From Bacteroidales bacterium (GTDB lineage Bacteria > Bacteroidota > Bacteroidia > Bacteroidales > Muribaculaceae), in NCBI GenBank assembly GCA_044433325.1, contig JAWXTT010000001.1, positions 1,470 through 65,469 on the forward strand: a stretch of 64,000 bases of DNA, read 5' to 3'. This document shows, piece after piece, positions 48,536 to 58,353 of this stretch. The notes below the pieces were generated by a model. It did no database searches, was not told the DNA's origin, and saw only the letters and a list, made by a program, of their open reading frames with translations. The translations under genes and the position numbers were made by a program. Position 1 is the first letter of the stretch. The number at the start of each line of letters is the position of its first letter.

Positions 48536-50056
48536 ATGGGATACAAGGATTTCTTCAGATTAATATTATCAGTAATATTTTTTTCTTCATTTAGTCAACT
48601 AAATGCAGTCGAAACAACTTCAATAGAGAATATTGATTCTTTATACGCTAATCAACTTGAAGCTGACTCTTTGCTTTTAGAAATGTTACATAATGAATCT
48701 AAAGCAATGGATGCAATGGATGCAAACTTATCAACAGTGGAAACTAAAGCTGTTGATGAATTTGATATTAAAATAGAAAAAATAGACACTCTACAACTAG
48801 ATCCACTATGTATAGGTGTTGTTGATAATATAATCCTTATCAATCGTGTAGAGCTACCTGACTCTACCACACTATATGCTGATGATTATAAAATCAACCC
48901 AAACTACCTGTTTATCCCAATAATTTTCGAGAAACAGAAGATAATCGAAAATAACGTTCCGCAATATAAGCCTAAACACAACCCTTTACATTCTGATAAA
49001 GAAGTGAGATTAGAAAAACGAGATAAATGGTTACAGGATAACATCGAGAAACAAGATTTCGCAAACTATCATATTAATAAGATTATATACAGCAATCCTG
49101 AAATTGTAAAATACAATCTCAAAATGCTACCAGAGCCTCCTAAAGAGTATGTGATAATTAACGACCCTACTAATATGATTCTATCTATTGGAGAGATACA
49201 AGTAGAATTAGAGTCAGATGCTGTTACAGGTGGTTTAAATATAAAGCCTAAAAAGTGGGTAACAGGTTTTGAAAGCACATTACAATTCTCACAAGCGTAC
49301 CTATCCGATAACTGGTATCAAGGTGGTGAAGGCAACTTAAATGTCATAGGAAATTTCTTATATTCATTTAACTTAAACCCTAACGTTTATACTAAAGTAC
49401 TCTTTGAAAACTCAATACAGTATAATATAGCTATGAATTCAGCACCACAAGATTCGTTACGTGGTTATGCTATCAGTGCGGATCTGTTACAAATAAATTC
49501 AAAATTCGGTCTAAAAGCGATTGAGAAATGGTATTATAGTGCAACATTATTATTCAAAACTCAGATATTCCAGAACTATACAGCCAACACTAATGACCTG
49601 ACCGCTGCATTCTTAACTCCTGGTGAATTAAATATCGGTCTCGGTATGACCTACGACCTATCTGAAAGCGATAAGAAATATACCTTTAGTGCTTCTATAT
49701 CACCATTATCATATAACTTAAAAACATGTATTGATACCAATAAAAGTGACTTTGCCGATTTAGGATACTCCATTGACAAGCGTGTACAGAACTCGTTCGG
49801 TTCTAGTGCCGAGGGTAACTTTGTCTGGAATATAAATGCAGTATTCACATATACATCACGCCTATATATGTTCACCGACTATGGCTCTATACAGGGAGAT
49901 TGGGAAAATACATTAAGCATTATTGCTAGTAAATATCTATCAACTAACCTATATGTACATCTACGTTATGATGATAGTGCTACCCCATCCACCGAAGGAT
50001 GGAAATATTGGCAATTAAAGGAGATACTAAGTTTCGGATTTAACTATAAATTCTAA
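48536..50056 (+). CDS. Putative outer-membrane beta-barrel protein (DUF3078-like), function unknown
   Basis: Signal peptide (…FSSFSQLNA), alternating beta-strand pattern in the C-terminal 250 aa, and a terminal aromatic residue (…FGFNYKF). Confidence 0.45.
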   Translation: MGYKDFFRLILSVIFFSSFSQLNAVETTSIENIDSLYANQLEADSLLLEMLHNESKAMDAMDANLSTVETKAVDEFDIKIEKIDTLQLDPLCIGVVDNIILINRVELPDSTTLYADDYKINPNYLFIPIIFEKQKIIENNVPQYKPKHNPLHSDKEVRLEKRDKWLQDNIEKQDFANYHINKIIYSNPEIVKYNLKMLPEPPKEYVIINDPTNMILSIGEIQVELESDAVTGGLNIKPKKWVTGFESTLQFSQAYLSDNWYQGGEGNLNVIGNFLYSFNLNPNVYTKVLFENSIQYNIAMNSAPQDSLRGYAISADLLQINSKFGLKAIEKWYYSATLLFKTQIFQNYTANTNDLTAAFLTPGELNIGLGMTYDLSESDKKYTFSASISPLSYNLKTCIDTNKSDFADLGYSIDKRVQNSFGSSAEGNFVWNINAVFTYTSRLYMFTDYGSIQGDWENTLSIIASKYLSTNLYVHLRYDDSATPSTEGWKYWQLKEILSFGFNYKF

Positions 50057-50057
50057 A

Positions 50058-50080
50058 GGGGACTTCTAAAAGAATAGATA
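50058..50080. repeat. Short 'solo' version of the dispersed repeat
   Basis: GGGGACTTCTAAAAGAATAGATA. It shares GGGGACTTCTAA with 63726-63737 and AATAGATA with 63770-63777 but lacks the internal hairpin part. It starts 2 nt after the preceding stop codon. Confidence 0.5.
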
Positions 50081-50097
50081 ACTAACAACAACAGCGT

Positions 50098-50871
50098 CTA
50101 TCCCTCGGGAATTATCTCGGGGGATTTTCGTTTTGTGTTAGCTTTACTGAATTTATAGCTGGCTACTTTATATAGCAGTGAGTGGAAATTCCGAGCCTTT
50201 TGGCTACATACCACTATGCAACGTCCACAGTGGATACATATCTCAGCATCTGTTTTTCGTGGATTCGCTTTATCAATAGCTCCCACTGGGCATAACTCAG
50301 CGCATACTCCACAGTTTTTACAACGTCTGTTTCCTGTTGGAGTAATAGGGATTGAACCAGGTGTTTTATATGGTCTATTACCAATGACCTCTATCTCAGT
50401 AATAGCATCCTTATCCGCTAATAACTCTTTACACTTGTTGATATAATTGTCAATAACACACCAATCATCCGCATCTGGGCGATTAGCCGCTACCTTTGGG
50501 AATATTGAGTGTTGCGCTACGAATGCTGCCGCTGAGATTACACGAAAGCCATTACCCTTAACAATATCCCACATCTCGATTAATGCATCATCATATTCAC
50601 GATTACCATATACACATAAGATAATAGCAGGGGTATTAGTAGTGGTTTTAAACCTATTTAGTGACTTAACTGCCTGCGGTGGTATGCGACCTGCATACAC
50701 TGGCATTGCTACTATTAATAAATCCTCAGTATCATTTAGTTCAATATCTGATTTTATTGAGGTGTTAGTCACATCGTGAGATTGCACAGCGGAGCATACT
50801 CCATTAGCAATATATTCTGAGATTCGTTTAGTAGTATATGTGGCACTAAAATATATAAGATTTACTTTCAT
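50098..50871 (-). CDS. Flavodoxin-like / 2x[4Fe-4S] ferredoxin fusion (EFR1-family-like)
   Basis: Start moved to MKVNLIYFSATYTTKR (ATG at 50871). The C-terminus carries CKNCGVCAELCP and CIHCGRCIVVCS. Confidence 0.7.
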   Translation of the reverse strand: MKVNLIYFSATYTTKRISEYIANGVCSAVQSHDVTNTSIKSDIELNDTEDLLIVAMPVYAGRIPPQAVKSLNRFKTTTNTPAIILCVYGNREYDDALIEMWDIVKGNGFRVISAAAFVAQHSIFPKVAANRPDADDWCVIDNYINKCKELLADKDAITEIEVIGNRPYKTPGSIPITPTGNRRCKNCGVCAELCPVGAIDKANPRKTDAEICIHCGRCIVVCSQKARNFHSLLYKVASYKFSKANTKRKSPEIIPEG

Positions 50872-50971
50872 GGTTAATAAGTATTTTGTTGTGGTAAGAG
50901 AGAAAAAAAGCCAGTCTAACAACTATTATACTGTTTAGACTGGCTTTGATATTTTATTGCTTAGCTACTCT

Positions 50972-52504
50972 TTACTTAGCTACACGCTCTAGCCATTTTA
51001 ACATTGCTAGCATAGTGAACATTGAACATAGACAAGCTACTACGAATACTACCCATGTTGCCCATATTGGAATATTTTCATAAAGGATAGCACCAATAAA
51101 TAGTAGTTGGTTACCTAGTGCTGTTGCACCTAACCATGCGCCTTGCATAATACCTTGGTATTGTGGAGGAGCTACCTTAGATACAAATGAAAGTCCTAGT
51201 GGAGAAATAAACAGTTCCGCAACTGTTAGGATTAGATATGTCCATATTAATAACCATGGAGTAACACGCGCCGCGTTATCTAGTCCTCCCATAGCAGTTA
51301 CCTCTTCTGATGTAGGTAAACCCACTGAACCGAAAGACATTACAGCAAAACCGATAGCTGCAATACCCATACCGATAGCAATCTTACGTGGTGTAGATAT
51401 CTCAATATTCTTAGCCTTTAACCAGCTGAATAAACCAATTACTACTGGAGTTAAGAATACTACGAAGAATGGGTTAAAGAATTGGAATACCTCAGCACCC
51501 TCAAATGATGTAAATCCTAAGTCAACACGTAATGCGCTAAGGTTAGTATAGTCATTTGCAAAGAATGTAAGTGTCACACCATTTTGGTGGAATGAGAACC
51601 AGAAGAATATTACAATAGCGAATACTGTAAACAATGCATAGATACGTTGGCGCACCTCAGTTGCAGACATCTCAATTACAGCTTTACCATCAGCAGCTAC
51701 TTGTTTCTTAGCTGGATCTGGAAGAGATTTCTTATTAACAACGAATATTACTACTGAAATTAACATAGCTACTACCGCTGCAAAGAATGCATATTGGAAA
51801 CCGTGGTTAAAAACATTTAGATATTCATTAACGAATGTACCCATATCAGCAGGAACTACACCACCATTAACAGTTGTAGCTAGCTCATTAAGACGAGCAG
51901 TAGATTCAGCAGTGTGAGTACCTTCTAAAAATTGGTGACATAGACGTGAAAGGTCTGAGTTAAATGCAAAACCATTAGCTTTTAACCACCAGTTACGGAT
52001 AGCTACCGCAATAAGTGGAGCAAACATTGCACCAATATTGATAAACATGTAGAAGATTTGGAAACCAGTATCACGTTGTGCTGAGTATTTAGGATTGTCA
52101 TATAACTGACCTACTACAGCTTGTAGATTACCTTTAAATAAACCATTACCAAATGCAATAACAAACAATCCTGCACAAGTCATAGTCAAGTAAAGTTTCA
52201 AGTTAGGCACTGGTGTTGGTGTTGGAATTGCTATCAATAGATAACCAATAGTCATAAGTACAAGACCTGCAAGGATTGTACCTTTATACTTTTTAGTTTT
52301 ATCAGCTACGAAACCACCAATTAATGAAAGTAGATAAATCAGTGCGTAGAATACTGAATAGATAATTGATGACTCACTCTTCTCCAAACCGAACTTAGAT
52401 GTCAGGAATAGTGAAAGAATTGCCATCATAATGTAGAATCCGAAGCGTTCACCCATGTTAGATAGGGCGGCTGGGATTAATCCTTTAGGATGATTCTTTA
52501 ACAT
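50972..52504 (-). CDS. Proton-dependent oligopeptide transporter (POT/PTR2 family)
   Basis: 510 aa, about 14 TM segments, with the N-terminal GERFGFYIMM (ExxERFxYY-like) motif. Confidence 0.8.
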   Translation of the reverse strand: MLKNHPKGLIPAALSNMGERFGFYIMMAILSLFLTSKFGLEKSESSIIYSVFYALIYLLSLIGGFVADKTKKYKGTILAGLVLMTIGYLLIAIPTPTPVPNLKLYLTMTCAGLFVIAFGNGLFKGNLQAVVGQLYDNPKYSAQRDTGFQIFYMFINIGAMFAPLIAVAIRNWWLKANGFAFNSDLSRLCHQFLEGTHTAESTARLNELATTVNGGVVPADMGTFVNEYLNVFNHGFQYAFFAAVVAMLISVVIFVVNKKSLPDPAKKQVAADGKAVIEMSATEVRQRIYALFTVFAIVIFFWFSFHQNGVTLTFFANDYTNLSALRVDLGFTSFEGAEVFQFFNPFFVVFLTPVVIGLFSWLKAKNIEISTPRKIAIGMGIAAIGFAVMSFGSVGLPTSEEVTAMGGLDNAARVTPWLLIWTYLILTVAELFISPLGLSFVSKVAPPQYQGIMQGAWLGATALGNQLLFIGAILYENIPIWATWVVFVVACLCSMFTMLAMLKWLERVAK

Positions 52505-52564
52505 AGTAGATTAGTTTTTTAGGGGCGGTCTGCGCATATCACACTCCTTGCCCAGTTATTATAT

Positions 52565-52999
52565 TTATAGTTGCTTATTCTCTTTAGCTTTGTAGACTAA
52601 GGCATACATTTTCATCTGCTTCACCATTGCTACTAAACCGTTACTTCGGGTAGGTGACAGATGCTCTTGAAGTCCTATCTCACTGATTACGTATAAATCG
52701 CTATCTAGTATCTCTTGTGGAGTATGTCCTGAGAGGATACGAATTAGTATGGTGATAATCCCCTTTACTATTATTGCATCTGAATCAGCCTCAAACATCA
52801 CCTTACCATCCTCTAACTCAGCATTCAGCCAAACGCGACTTTGACACCCTTCGATTATATTGCTAGGGGTCTTATGTGATTCATCAATTGCTGGCAGTGA
52901 GTTTCCTAACTCAATGATATAGGCATACTTATCCATCCAATCATCAAAATCTCCAAACTCCTCAATTATCTCGTTCTGTATATCGTTTATACTATTCAT
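52565..52999 (-). CDS. sufE: SufE-family sulfur acceptor protein
   Basis: 144 aa with the conserved Cys loop IIEGCQSRVWL. Confidence 0.8.
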   Translation of the reverse strand: MNSINDIQNEIIEEFGDFDDWMDKYAYIIELGNSLPAIDESHKTPSNIIEGCQSRVWLNAELEDGKVMFEADSDAIIVKGIITILIRILSGHTPQEILDSDLYVISEIGLQEHLSPTRSNGLVAMVKQMKMYALVYKAKENKQL

Positions 53000-53065
53000 T
53001 ATATATAATCATCAATAAACACCAAAGTTACATATTTTTTTAATAATTGAGTAAATTTTGGTCAT

Positions 53066-53101
53066 AAAAAAAGGGATTAGCTATGTAACTAATCCCTTTT
53101 T
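53066..53101 (-). terminator. Intrinsic terminator after ppiD (bidirectional shape)
   Basis: A 9-bp stem AGGGATTAG / CTAATCCCT (53072-53080 and 53089-53097), flanked by A6 on one side and T4-5 on the other. On the minus strand it is followed by a U-run. Confidence 0.65.
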
Positions 53102-53123
53102 AATACCGTTAGTGGTTATTTCA

Positions 53124-55193
53124 TTAGAAGTTAATCATATTATTTACAACCTCAGTATTACCTTTTAGTATCTCAACAACTTTGTTTAATACAGCTTGGT
53201 TACCTTTAGCTGAACCAAATTCAATTGCTGCCTCGTCAGCATTGAATGTTCTACTTGCGTTATCAATTGATTTTACTTCAAAAACATATATTGCATTATT
53301 TCCTTGTATAGGACCTACAACCGTGTTTAATTCACTAGCCGCAATTGTACCTTGTAGTTTAGCCTCATTCATACCGATTAGAGGTATAAACATTTGACCG
53401 AAGTTAACACCTACTGCCTCGTCAACTTTAGCATCCATTAAATCAGCATACGCCTCAACAGTGCTAGCTTTACCTGCATACTTAGCCATTAAGTCGGCCG
53501 CTTTTTTGTCGTTACGGATTTTAACAGTTAACATTTGACGTAAATCAGGATCAGATACTGGAGTATATTGTTGGTCATAAACATCTTCAACTGCTACTGC
53601 AATAATTTTATCGTTACCTTGATCATCAAATAATGGAGATACAGAACCTGTTTTAGCCTCGTGAATCCATTTGATAATATCACGTGTGCTTTCAATTCTA
53701 GCCATTTGTGCATCTTGCTCTGAAACTACTGTTGATAGCGCGTTATAACCAGCTTTAGTAGCCTCAGCAATAAATTTGTCCGCAGTGTTATTAGCATAGA
53801 TAAACTCTTGTAACTTATTACGTAATCCATCAATAGTTTCTTGACTTGGATATAGTTTATAGCTTGTAGTTGCTATTTTGTACATCTGTTTAGGTGCATT
53901 CTTCTTAGTTACTTGGTAGAATGCAGCACTACTCTCAGTACTATTTATAGGGAAGTAATCTTTTCCTGCTTTGATTAACTTATTAACAATCTCTTCATTG
54001 TTGCTAAGTTGTTTCAAAGGTATCCATGCATCAGCTTGTGCTCCTGCTACTGTACTAATCTTTTGGATATCTGCAATAGATGTACCTGAGTTAAGTAGAT
54101 TTAATACTGAATCTTGTTGGCTTTTAGTTCCTTGAACAATTACCATATTAGCCATAACTGAGTCAGTCTGAACCATCTTACCTAATACTTTAGTCATTGA
54201 GTAAACATCTGACATTAATTCAGGTTGAGTAGTTGCACCAACTTTAGAGCTTGTAACAAAACTACGTAACTTAGTATTAGGAATATCTGTTGCTGTTACT
54301 GTTGCATTTACTATTGTTAGCTCGCTATTGTTAATGATAGCTTCAACATCACTAGCATCTTTGATTTTAGCATAAGCATCCTCCATAATCTTAGCACCTT
54401 CAGCTTTATCTGCTGCTGATGGTTTAATATCAACTGAGATATATCTTACTTTACTAAATGCGTTAGGAGTTTTATATTTATTTTTGTTCTTCTCATATTC
54501 TGCTTGGATTTCAGCATCAGATACAGTGTAATCACTGTTGCTTAATGATGAATAGCTCTTTTTGACGATATTTACAACTGGAGTTTCAGCCATTTCTGCA
54601 TAAATAGCAGCTTTATCCAAATCATTAGCTTGGATTGCACCTGTTAATAAGGCTGCATATTTAGCAAATTTAAGTTGTTGCTCAGTAAATTTCTCTTGTC
54701 TTAACCACTCTTGACGGTAAGGTTCAACCTGTTCTACAGTCATACCATAATTCATTGGGTTAAAGATTAGGTCATACAGTTGCGCTGGTGTTTGCATTCC
54801 CATTTGTTGTGCAAATTGCATAATAGATTGTGTTACCATGCTACCAGTCATATATTCAGTTAACTCTTTTGAAGTTACATAAATATCGTTTTCTTCAATC
54901 TCACCATTAATTAATGATTCTTGAATCATTTGGTTAATAACTTGATTTTGGATTAATGCACCATCCACTTGTTGTCCTTGTTGTTGTACTTGGTATGAAG
55001 CTTCTTCATAGCGGCGTTGGAAATCCATGATATCAATTTTCTCTCCGCCTACTTTTACAGCTGTTGTTCTATCACTGAACAATACTGAGTTCTTTGATGA
55101 GAACAAGTCCCCAATTACGAATGAAAGCAGTGCTATACCAATTACTGCTACTAATAATCCCGACTTGTTTCTAATTTTCTCTAATGTTGCCAT
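53124..55193 (-). CDS. ppiD: Periplasmic chaperone / peptidyl-prolyl isomerase PpiD-like
   Basis: 689 aa with an N-terminal membrane anchor (GLLVAVIGIALLSFVIGDLF) and long SurA-like chaperone regions. Confidence 0.7.
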   Translation of the reverse strand: MATLEKIRNKSGLLVAVIGIALLSFVIGDLFSSKNSVLFSDRTTAVKVGGEKIDIMDFQRRYEEASYQVQQQGQQVDGALIQNQVINQMIQESLINGEIEENDIYVTSKELTEYMTGSMVTQSIMQFAQQMGMQTPAQLYDLIFNPMNYGMTVEQVEPYRQEWLRQEKFTEQQLKFAKYAALLTGAIQANDLDKAAIYAEMAETPVVNIVKKSYSSLSNSDYTVSDAEIQAEYEKNKNKYKTPNAFSKVRYISVDIKPSAADKAEGAKIMEDAYAKIKDASDVEAIINNSELTIVNATVTATDIPNTKLRSFVTSSKVGATTQPELMSDVYSMTKVLGKMVQTDSVMANMVIVQGTKSQQDSVLNLLNSGTSIADIQKISTVAGAQADAWIPLKQLSNNEEIVNKLIKAGKDYFPINSTESSAAFYQVTKKNAPKQMYKIATTSYKLYPSQETIDGLRNKLQEFIYANNTADKFIAEATKAGYNALSTVVSEQDAQMARIESTRDIIKWIHEAKTGSVSPLFDDQGNDKIIAVAVEDVYDQQYTPVSDPDLRQMLTVKIRNDKKAADLMAKYAGKASTVEAYADLMDAKVDEAVGVNFGQMFIPLIGMNEAKLQGTIAASELNTVVGPIQGNNAIYVFEVKSIDNASRTFNADEAAIEFGSAKGNQAVLNKVVEILKGNTEVVNNMINF

Positions 55194-55235
55194 TTATTTA
55201 TAAGGTTCGTTAATTTTAATTCACTATTTAATTCG

Positions 55236-55266
55236 CAAAGTTATCAATTTTGGTAGAACTCCCAAA
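55236..55266 (-). promoter_or_regulatory. Bacteroides-type promoter for ppiD
   Basis: The minus strand reads TTTG-(19 nt)-TAACTTTG. About 40 nt upstream of the ATG at 55193. Confidence 0.5.
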
Positions 55267-55331
55267 AAATGTTAGCACTTTTTCCACTAAAAGATAACTG
55301 ATAAATTGCTTTGTGTGTTTATTTTCTCTTT

Positions 55332-56654
55332 TTATATATTAAAAGCAGACTTAATTTGGTCAACGTAATCTAGTTTCTCCCATGTGAATAGTTCAACATT
55401 CATTAGTTTTTCCCCTTCATATTTTGATTTGAAATGTTTTTCAACCACTTGAGGAGTACGACCCATATGTCCGTATGATGCTGTTTCTTCATATATAGGG
55501 TTACGAAGTTTTAAACGAGTTTCGATAGCATTAGGGCGCATATCAAAAATCGCCGCCAACTTTTCAGCAATCTCAGAGTCATTACACTCTACATTAGCAG
55601 AACCATAACTATTTACATATAAGCTAACAGGTTCAGCAACACCTATGGCGTAAGCAACCTGAACCAATATCTCATCAACAACACCTGCCGCAACAGCATT
55701 TTTAGCAATATGACGAGCCGCATAAGCCGCTGAACGGTCAACCTTAGATGGATCTTTACCAGAGAAAGCACCACCACCATGCGCACCCTTACCACCGTAA
55801 GTGTCAACAATAATCTTACGACCTGTCAAGCCAGTATCACCATGAGGACCTCCAATAACGAATTTACCTGTTGGGTTAACATGCAGTATCACTTCATCAT
55901 CAAATAACGCCTGCAATTGTGCCGAGAGTTTCGCTTTAACACGTGGGATAAGAACACTCTTAACATCATCATAGATACATTGTAACATCTTAGTATCAGC
56001 CTCAGCGATAGCCTCAGCAGATTCATCCGCTGGTTTCACAAAGTCATCATGTTGTGTACTAATAACTATTGTGTGAATACGCTCAGGCTTATTACTGCCA
56101 TCAGCATACTCAATAGTTACTTGGCTCTTCGCATCAGGACGAAGGTATGAGCGTGTTTCGCCACTCTCTGTGGTGTAAACCATCTCCCTCTCTTCACGTC
56201 TAATCGCTGCAAGTTCTATTAATAGTTGATGTGATAAATCCAATGATAGAGGCATATAGTTAGCAGTTTCATTACTAGCATAACCGAACATCATACCTTG
56301 GTCACCAGCACCTTGTTCCATTTTAGACTCACGATCTACACCGCGGTTAATATCTGCTGATTGCTCATGAATGGCTGATAGCACACCACACGAGTCAGCA
56401 TCAAATTTATATTCGCTACGATTATATCCAATACGATTAATTACACGGCGCGTCACCTCCATTAGGTCAACATAGGCGTTAGATTTCACCTCACCAGCCA
56501 CAATTACCTGTCCAGTTGTTACTAAAGTTTCGCAAGCCACCTTTGATTCAGTATCAAAAGCAATAAATTCATCTAATAGAGCATCACTAATTTGGTCAGC
56601 AACCTTATCAGGATGTCCCTCAGACACAGATTCAGATGTAAATAAATAACTCAT
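55332..56654 (-). CDS. metK: S-adenosylmethionine synthetase
   Basis: [30 protein letters not shown] and [16 protein letters not shown]. Confidence 0.97.
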   Translation of the reverse strand: MSYLFTSESVSEGHPDKVADQISDALLDEFIAFDTESKVACETLVTTGQVIVAGEVKSNAYVDLMEVTRRVINRIGYNRSEYKFDADSCGVLSAIHEQSADINRGVDRESKMEQGAGDQGMMFGYASNETANYMPLSLDLSHQLLIELAAIRREEREMVYTTESGETRSYLRPDAKSQVTIEYADGSNKPERIHTIVISTQHDDFVKPADESAEAIAEADTKMLQCIYDDVKSVLIPRVKAKLSAQLQALFDDEVILHVNPTGKFVIGGPHGDTGLTGRKIIVDTYGGKGAHGGGAFSGKDPSKVDRSAAYAARHIAKNAVAAGVVDEILVQVAYAIGVAEPVSLYVNSYGSANVECNDSEIAEKLAAIFDMRPNAIETRLKLRNPIYEETASYGHMGRTPQVVEKHFKSKYEGEKLMNVELFTWEKLDYVDQIKSAFNI

Positions 56655-56800
56655 TCTTCTACAATTTATTTAAATTGTGGAATTAATATTAAACTGCTCA
56701 GAAAAATTCTTAGAAAAATGTGTATTTGATTATCTCAGTTTTAGCATTTTTTCAAGTGGTTGCAAGCAGTCAAATTTCTCCACTAATATTTTAACTAGCG

Positions 56801-56832
56801 CAAAGTTAACCCATTTCCCCATCACCATCAAA
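56801..56832 (-). promoter_or_regulatory. Bacteroides-type promoter for metK, implying a leader of about 140 nt
   Basis: The minus strand reads TTTG-(20 nt)-TAACTTTG (plus-strand CAAA at 56829-56832, CAAAGTTA at 56801-56808). Confidence 0.5.
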
Positions 56833-56878
56833 TTTTTCCACAAAAAAATGCTTAACTATGTGTATAAGTGGGTATTTG

Positions 56879-57466
56879 TTAGAATCTAAATGCTGTGCCT
56901 ACGCTAATATAACTAATATCATATCCACCCTCTGCATATAAAGACCAAATATCGGTAATTTCATATCTTGCGCCTATGGTTATACCATATACAAAGTTAC
57001 ACCAGTTTGCTGAAAAATCATGGCGACCTCTTTTAACTCCTTGGGTACCATCAGTATTGAAATATGTATGATATCCTCCCCTGAAATCTTCTGTGCGGCT
57101 TGCAAAATCGCAGCCAACTGAACCGCCTGCATATAAATCCCATCTACCAAAGCCTGTATAATGCCAGTTAGCTAATGCTGAGACTATGTAATGAGAGGAG
57201 CTAGTGGAGTCATACGTTACGCCATCTTCATTAACATCTTCATCCCAAGAAGCAGTGAATCTACCCCCTACACCTATTGACATATCTGAATTATCAAAAG
57301 TTATAATACCACGTTCATATCCCAGTGATATAGGAAGGTTATATTGTTTATTAGCAAAACCAACGCCTACTTTAATTAGATTTGTCCCTTTCTCAAAGGT
57401 TTGAGATGTTAGTGTTAGTGCAGATGATGTCAGCAACAGAGCTGTCATAATAATTAGCTTTCTCAT
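56879..57466 (-). CDS. Small outer-membrane beta-barrel protein (OmpA-like/porin-family)
   Basis: 195 aa with a signal peptide (MRKLIIMTALLLTSSALTLTS), alternating amphipathic strands and a C-terminal ...VGTAFRF. Confidence 0.55.
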   Translation of the reverse strand: MRKLIIMTALLLTSSALTLTSQTFEKGTNLIKVGVGFANKQYNLPISLGYERGIITFDNSDMSIGVGGRFTASWDEDVNEDGVTYDSTSSSHYIVSALANWHYTGFGRWDLYAGGSVGCDFASRTEDFRGGYHTYFNTDGTQGVKRGRHDFSANWCNFVYGITIGARYEITDIWSLYAEGGYDISYISVGTAFRF

Positions 57467-57619
57467 GTCTTTTAAATTTATTGTTAATAACTGTGTTTTT
57501 AAATTCTAATTTTTACCCCAAAATTTAGGACAAGAACTCGTAACATCCTAAATTGAAGCATCTATCTGGCTATAAAGTTAAATCATAAAATCCTGAATTA
57601 CAAACTTTTTTTTGAATAA

Positions 57620-57724
<105 letters not shown>

Positions 57725-57825
57725 ATCAGAGTGTTATTGTAAAATAATTTTCACTCTTATTATCTACTTTGTTTTAAGAGTGCATTACTATCTTTTGACG
57801 TTAAGACAGTCTGTATGAATAGATA

Positions 57826-58272
57826 TTATTTGTGATGGCTTAGGAGTAGGATTTCTTCATAGAGGATGGGCGTGGCTAGTTGTTTTAGAGGGAGATAGAC
57901 GAATGGGCGGTGACTTAGCTCGGGGTGTGGAATTTTTAGCTGTGGGGTGTTTATCACCATGTTGTCTATGGCTATTATATCTATATCTATTAGGCGATCT
58001 ATATATTCACCACTTTCGTTGCGGTGCGTGGTGCTACCCATATGCTGCTCTATCTGATGTATCTTATCTAACAGCTCTTCTGGGGTGATATTGGCGTTTA
58101 GTGCTACCCCTATATTCAGGAATGTGTTGGTGGACTCGTACCCCCATGGCTCACTCTCGATAGTGTCGGATAGTGTACATTCACATTGTAAACTATGCTC
58201 TATCAACATTATTGCCTTATAAAGGTTGGTTGCTTTATCCCCTAAGTTTGTTCCTATATTTAAGTATATCAT
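57826..58272 (-). CDS. folK: 2-amino-4-hydroxy-6-hydroxymethyldihydropteridine pyrophosphokinase
   Basis: 148 aa with SEPWGY, RLIDIDII and IPHPELSHRPFVYLPL. Confidence 0.85.
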   Translation of the reverse strand: MIYLNIGTNLGDKATNLYKAIMLIEHSLQCECTLSDTIESEPWGYESTNTFLNIGVALNANITPEELLDKIHQIEQHMGSTTHRNESGEYIDRLIDIDIIAIDNMVINTPQLKIPHPELSHRPFVYLPLKQLATPILYEEILLLSHHK

Positions 58273-58283
58273 AACATCCCTAT

Positions 58284-58330
58284 AAAAAAGTATCGTTATT
58301 CAGTCCTTGTAAAACTAAATAACGATACTT
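58284..58330 (-). terminator. Intrinsic terminator after infB
   Basis: A perfect 13-bp stem (58288-58300 pairs with 58318-58330) with a 17-nt loop. On the minus strand it is followed by U6 (plus-strand A-run at 58284-58289). Confidence 0.7.
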
Positions 58331-58353
58331 GATATTTGACTTTATTTTAAAGA

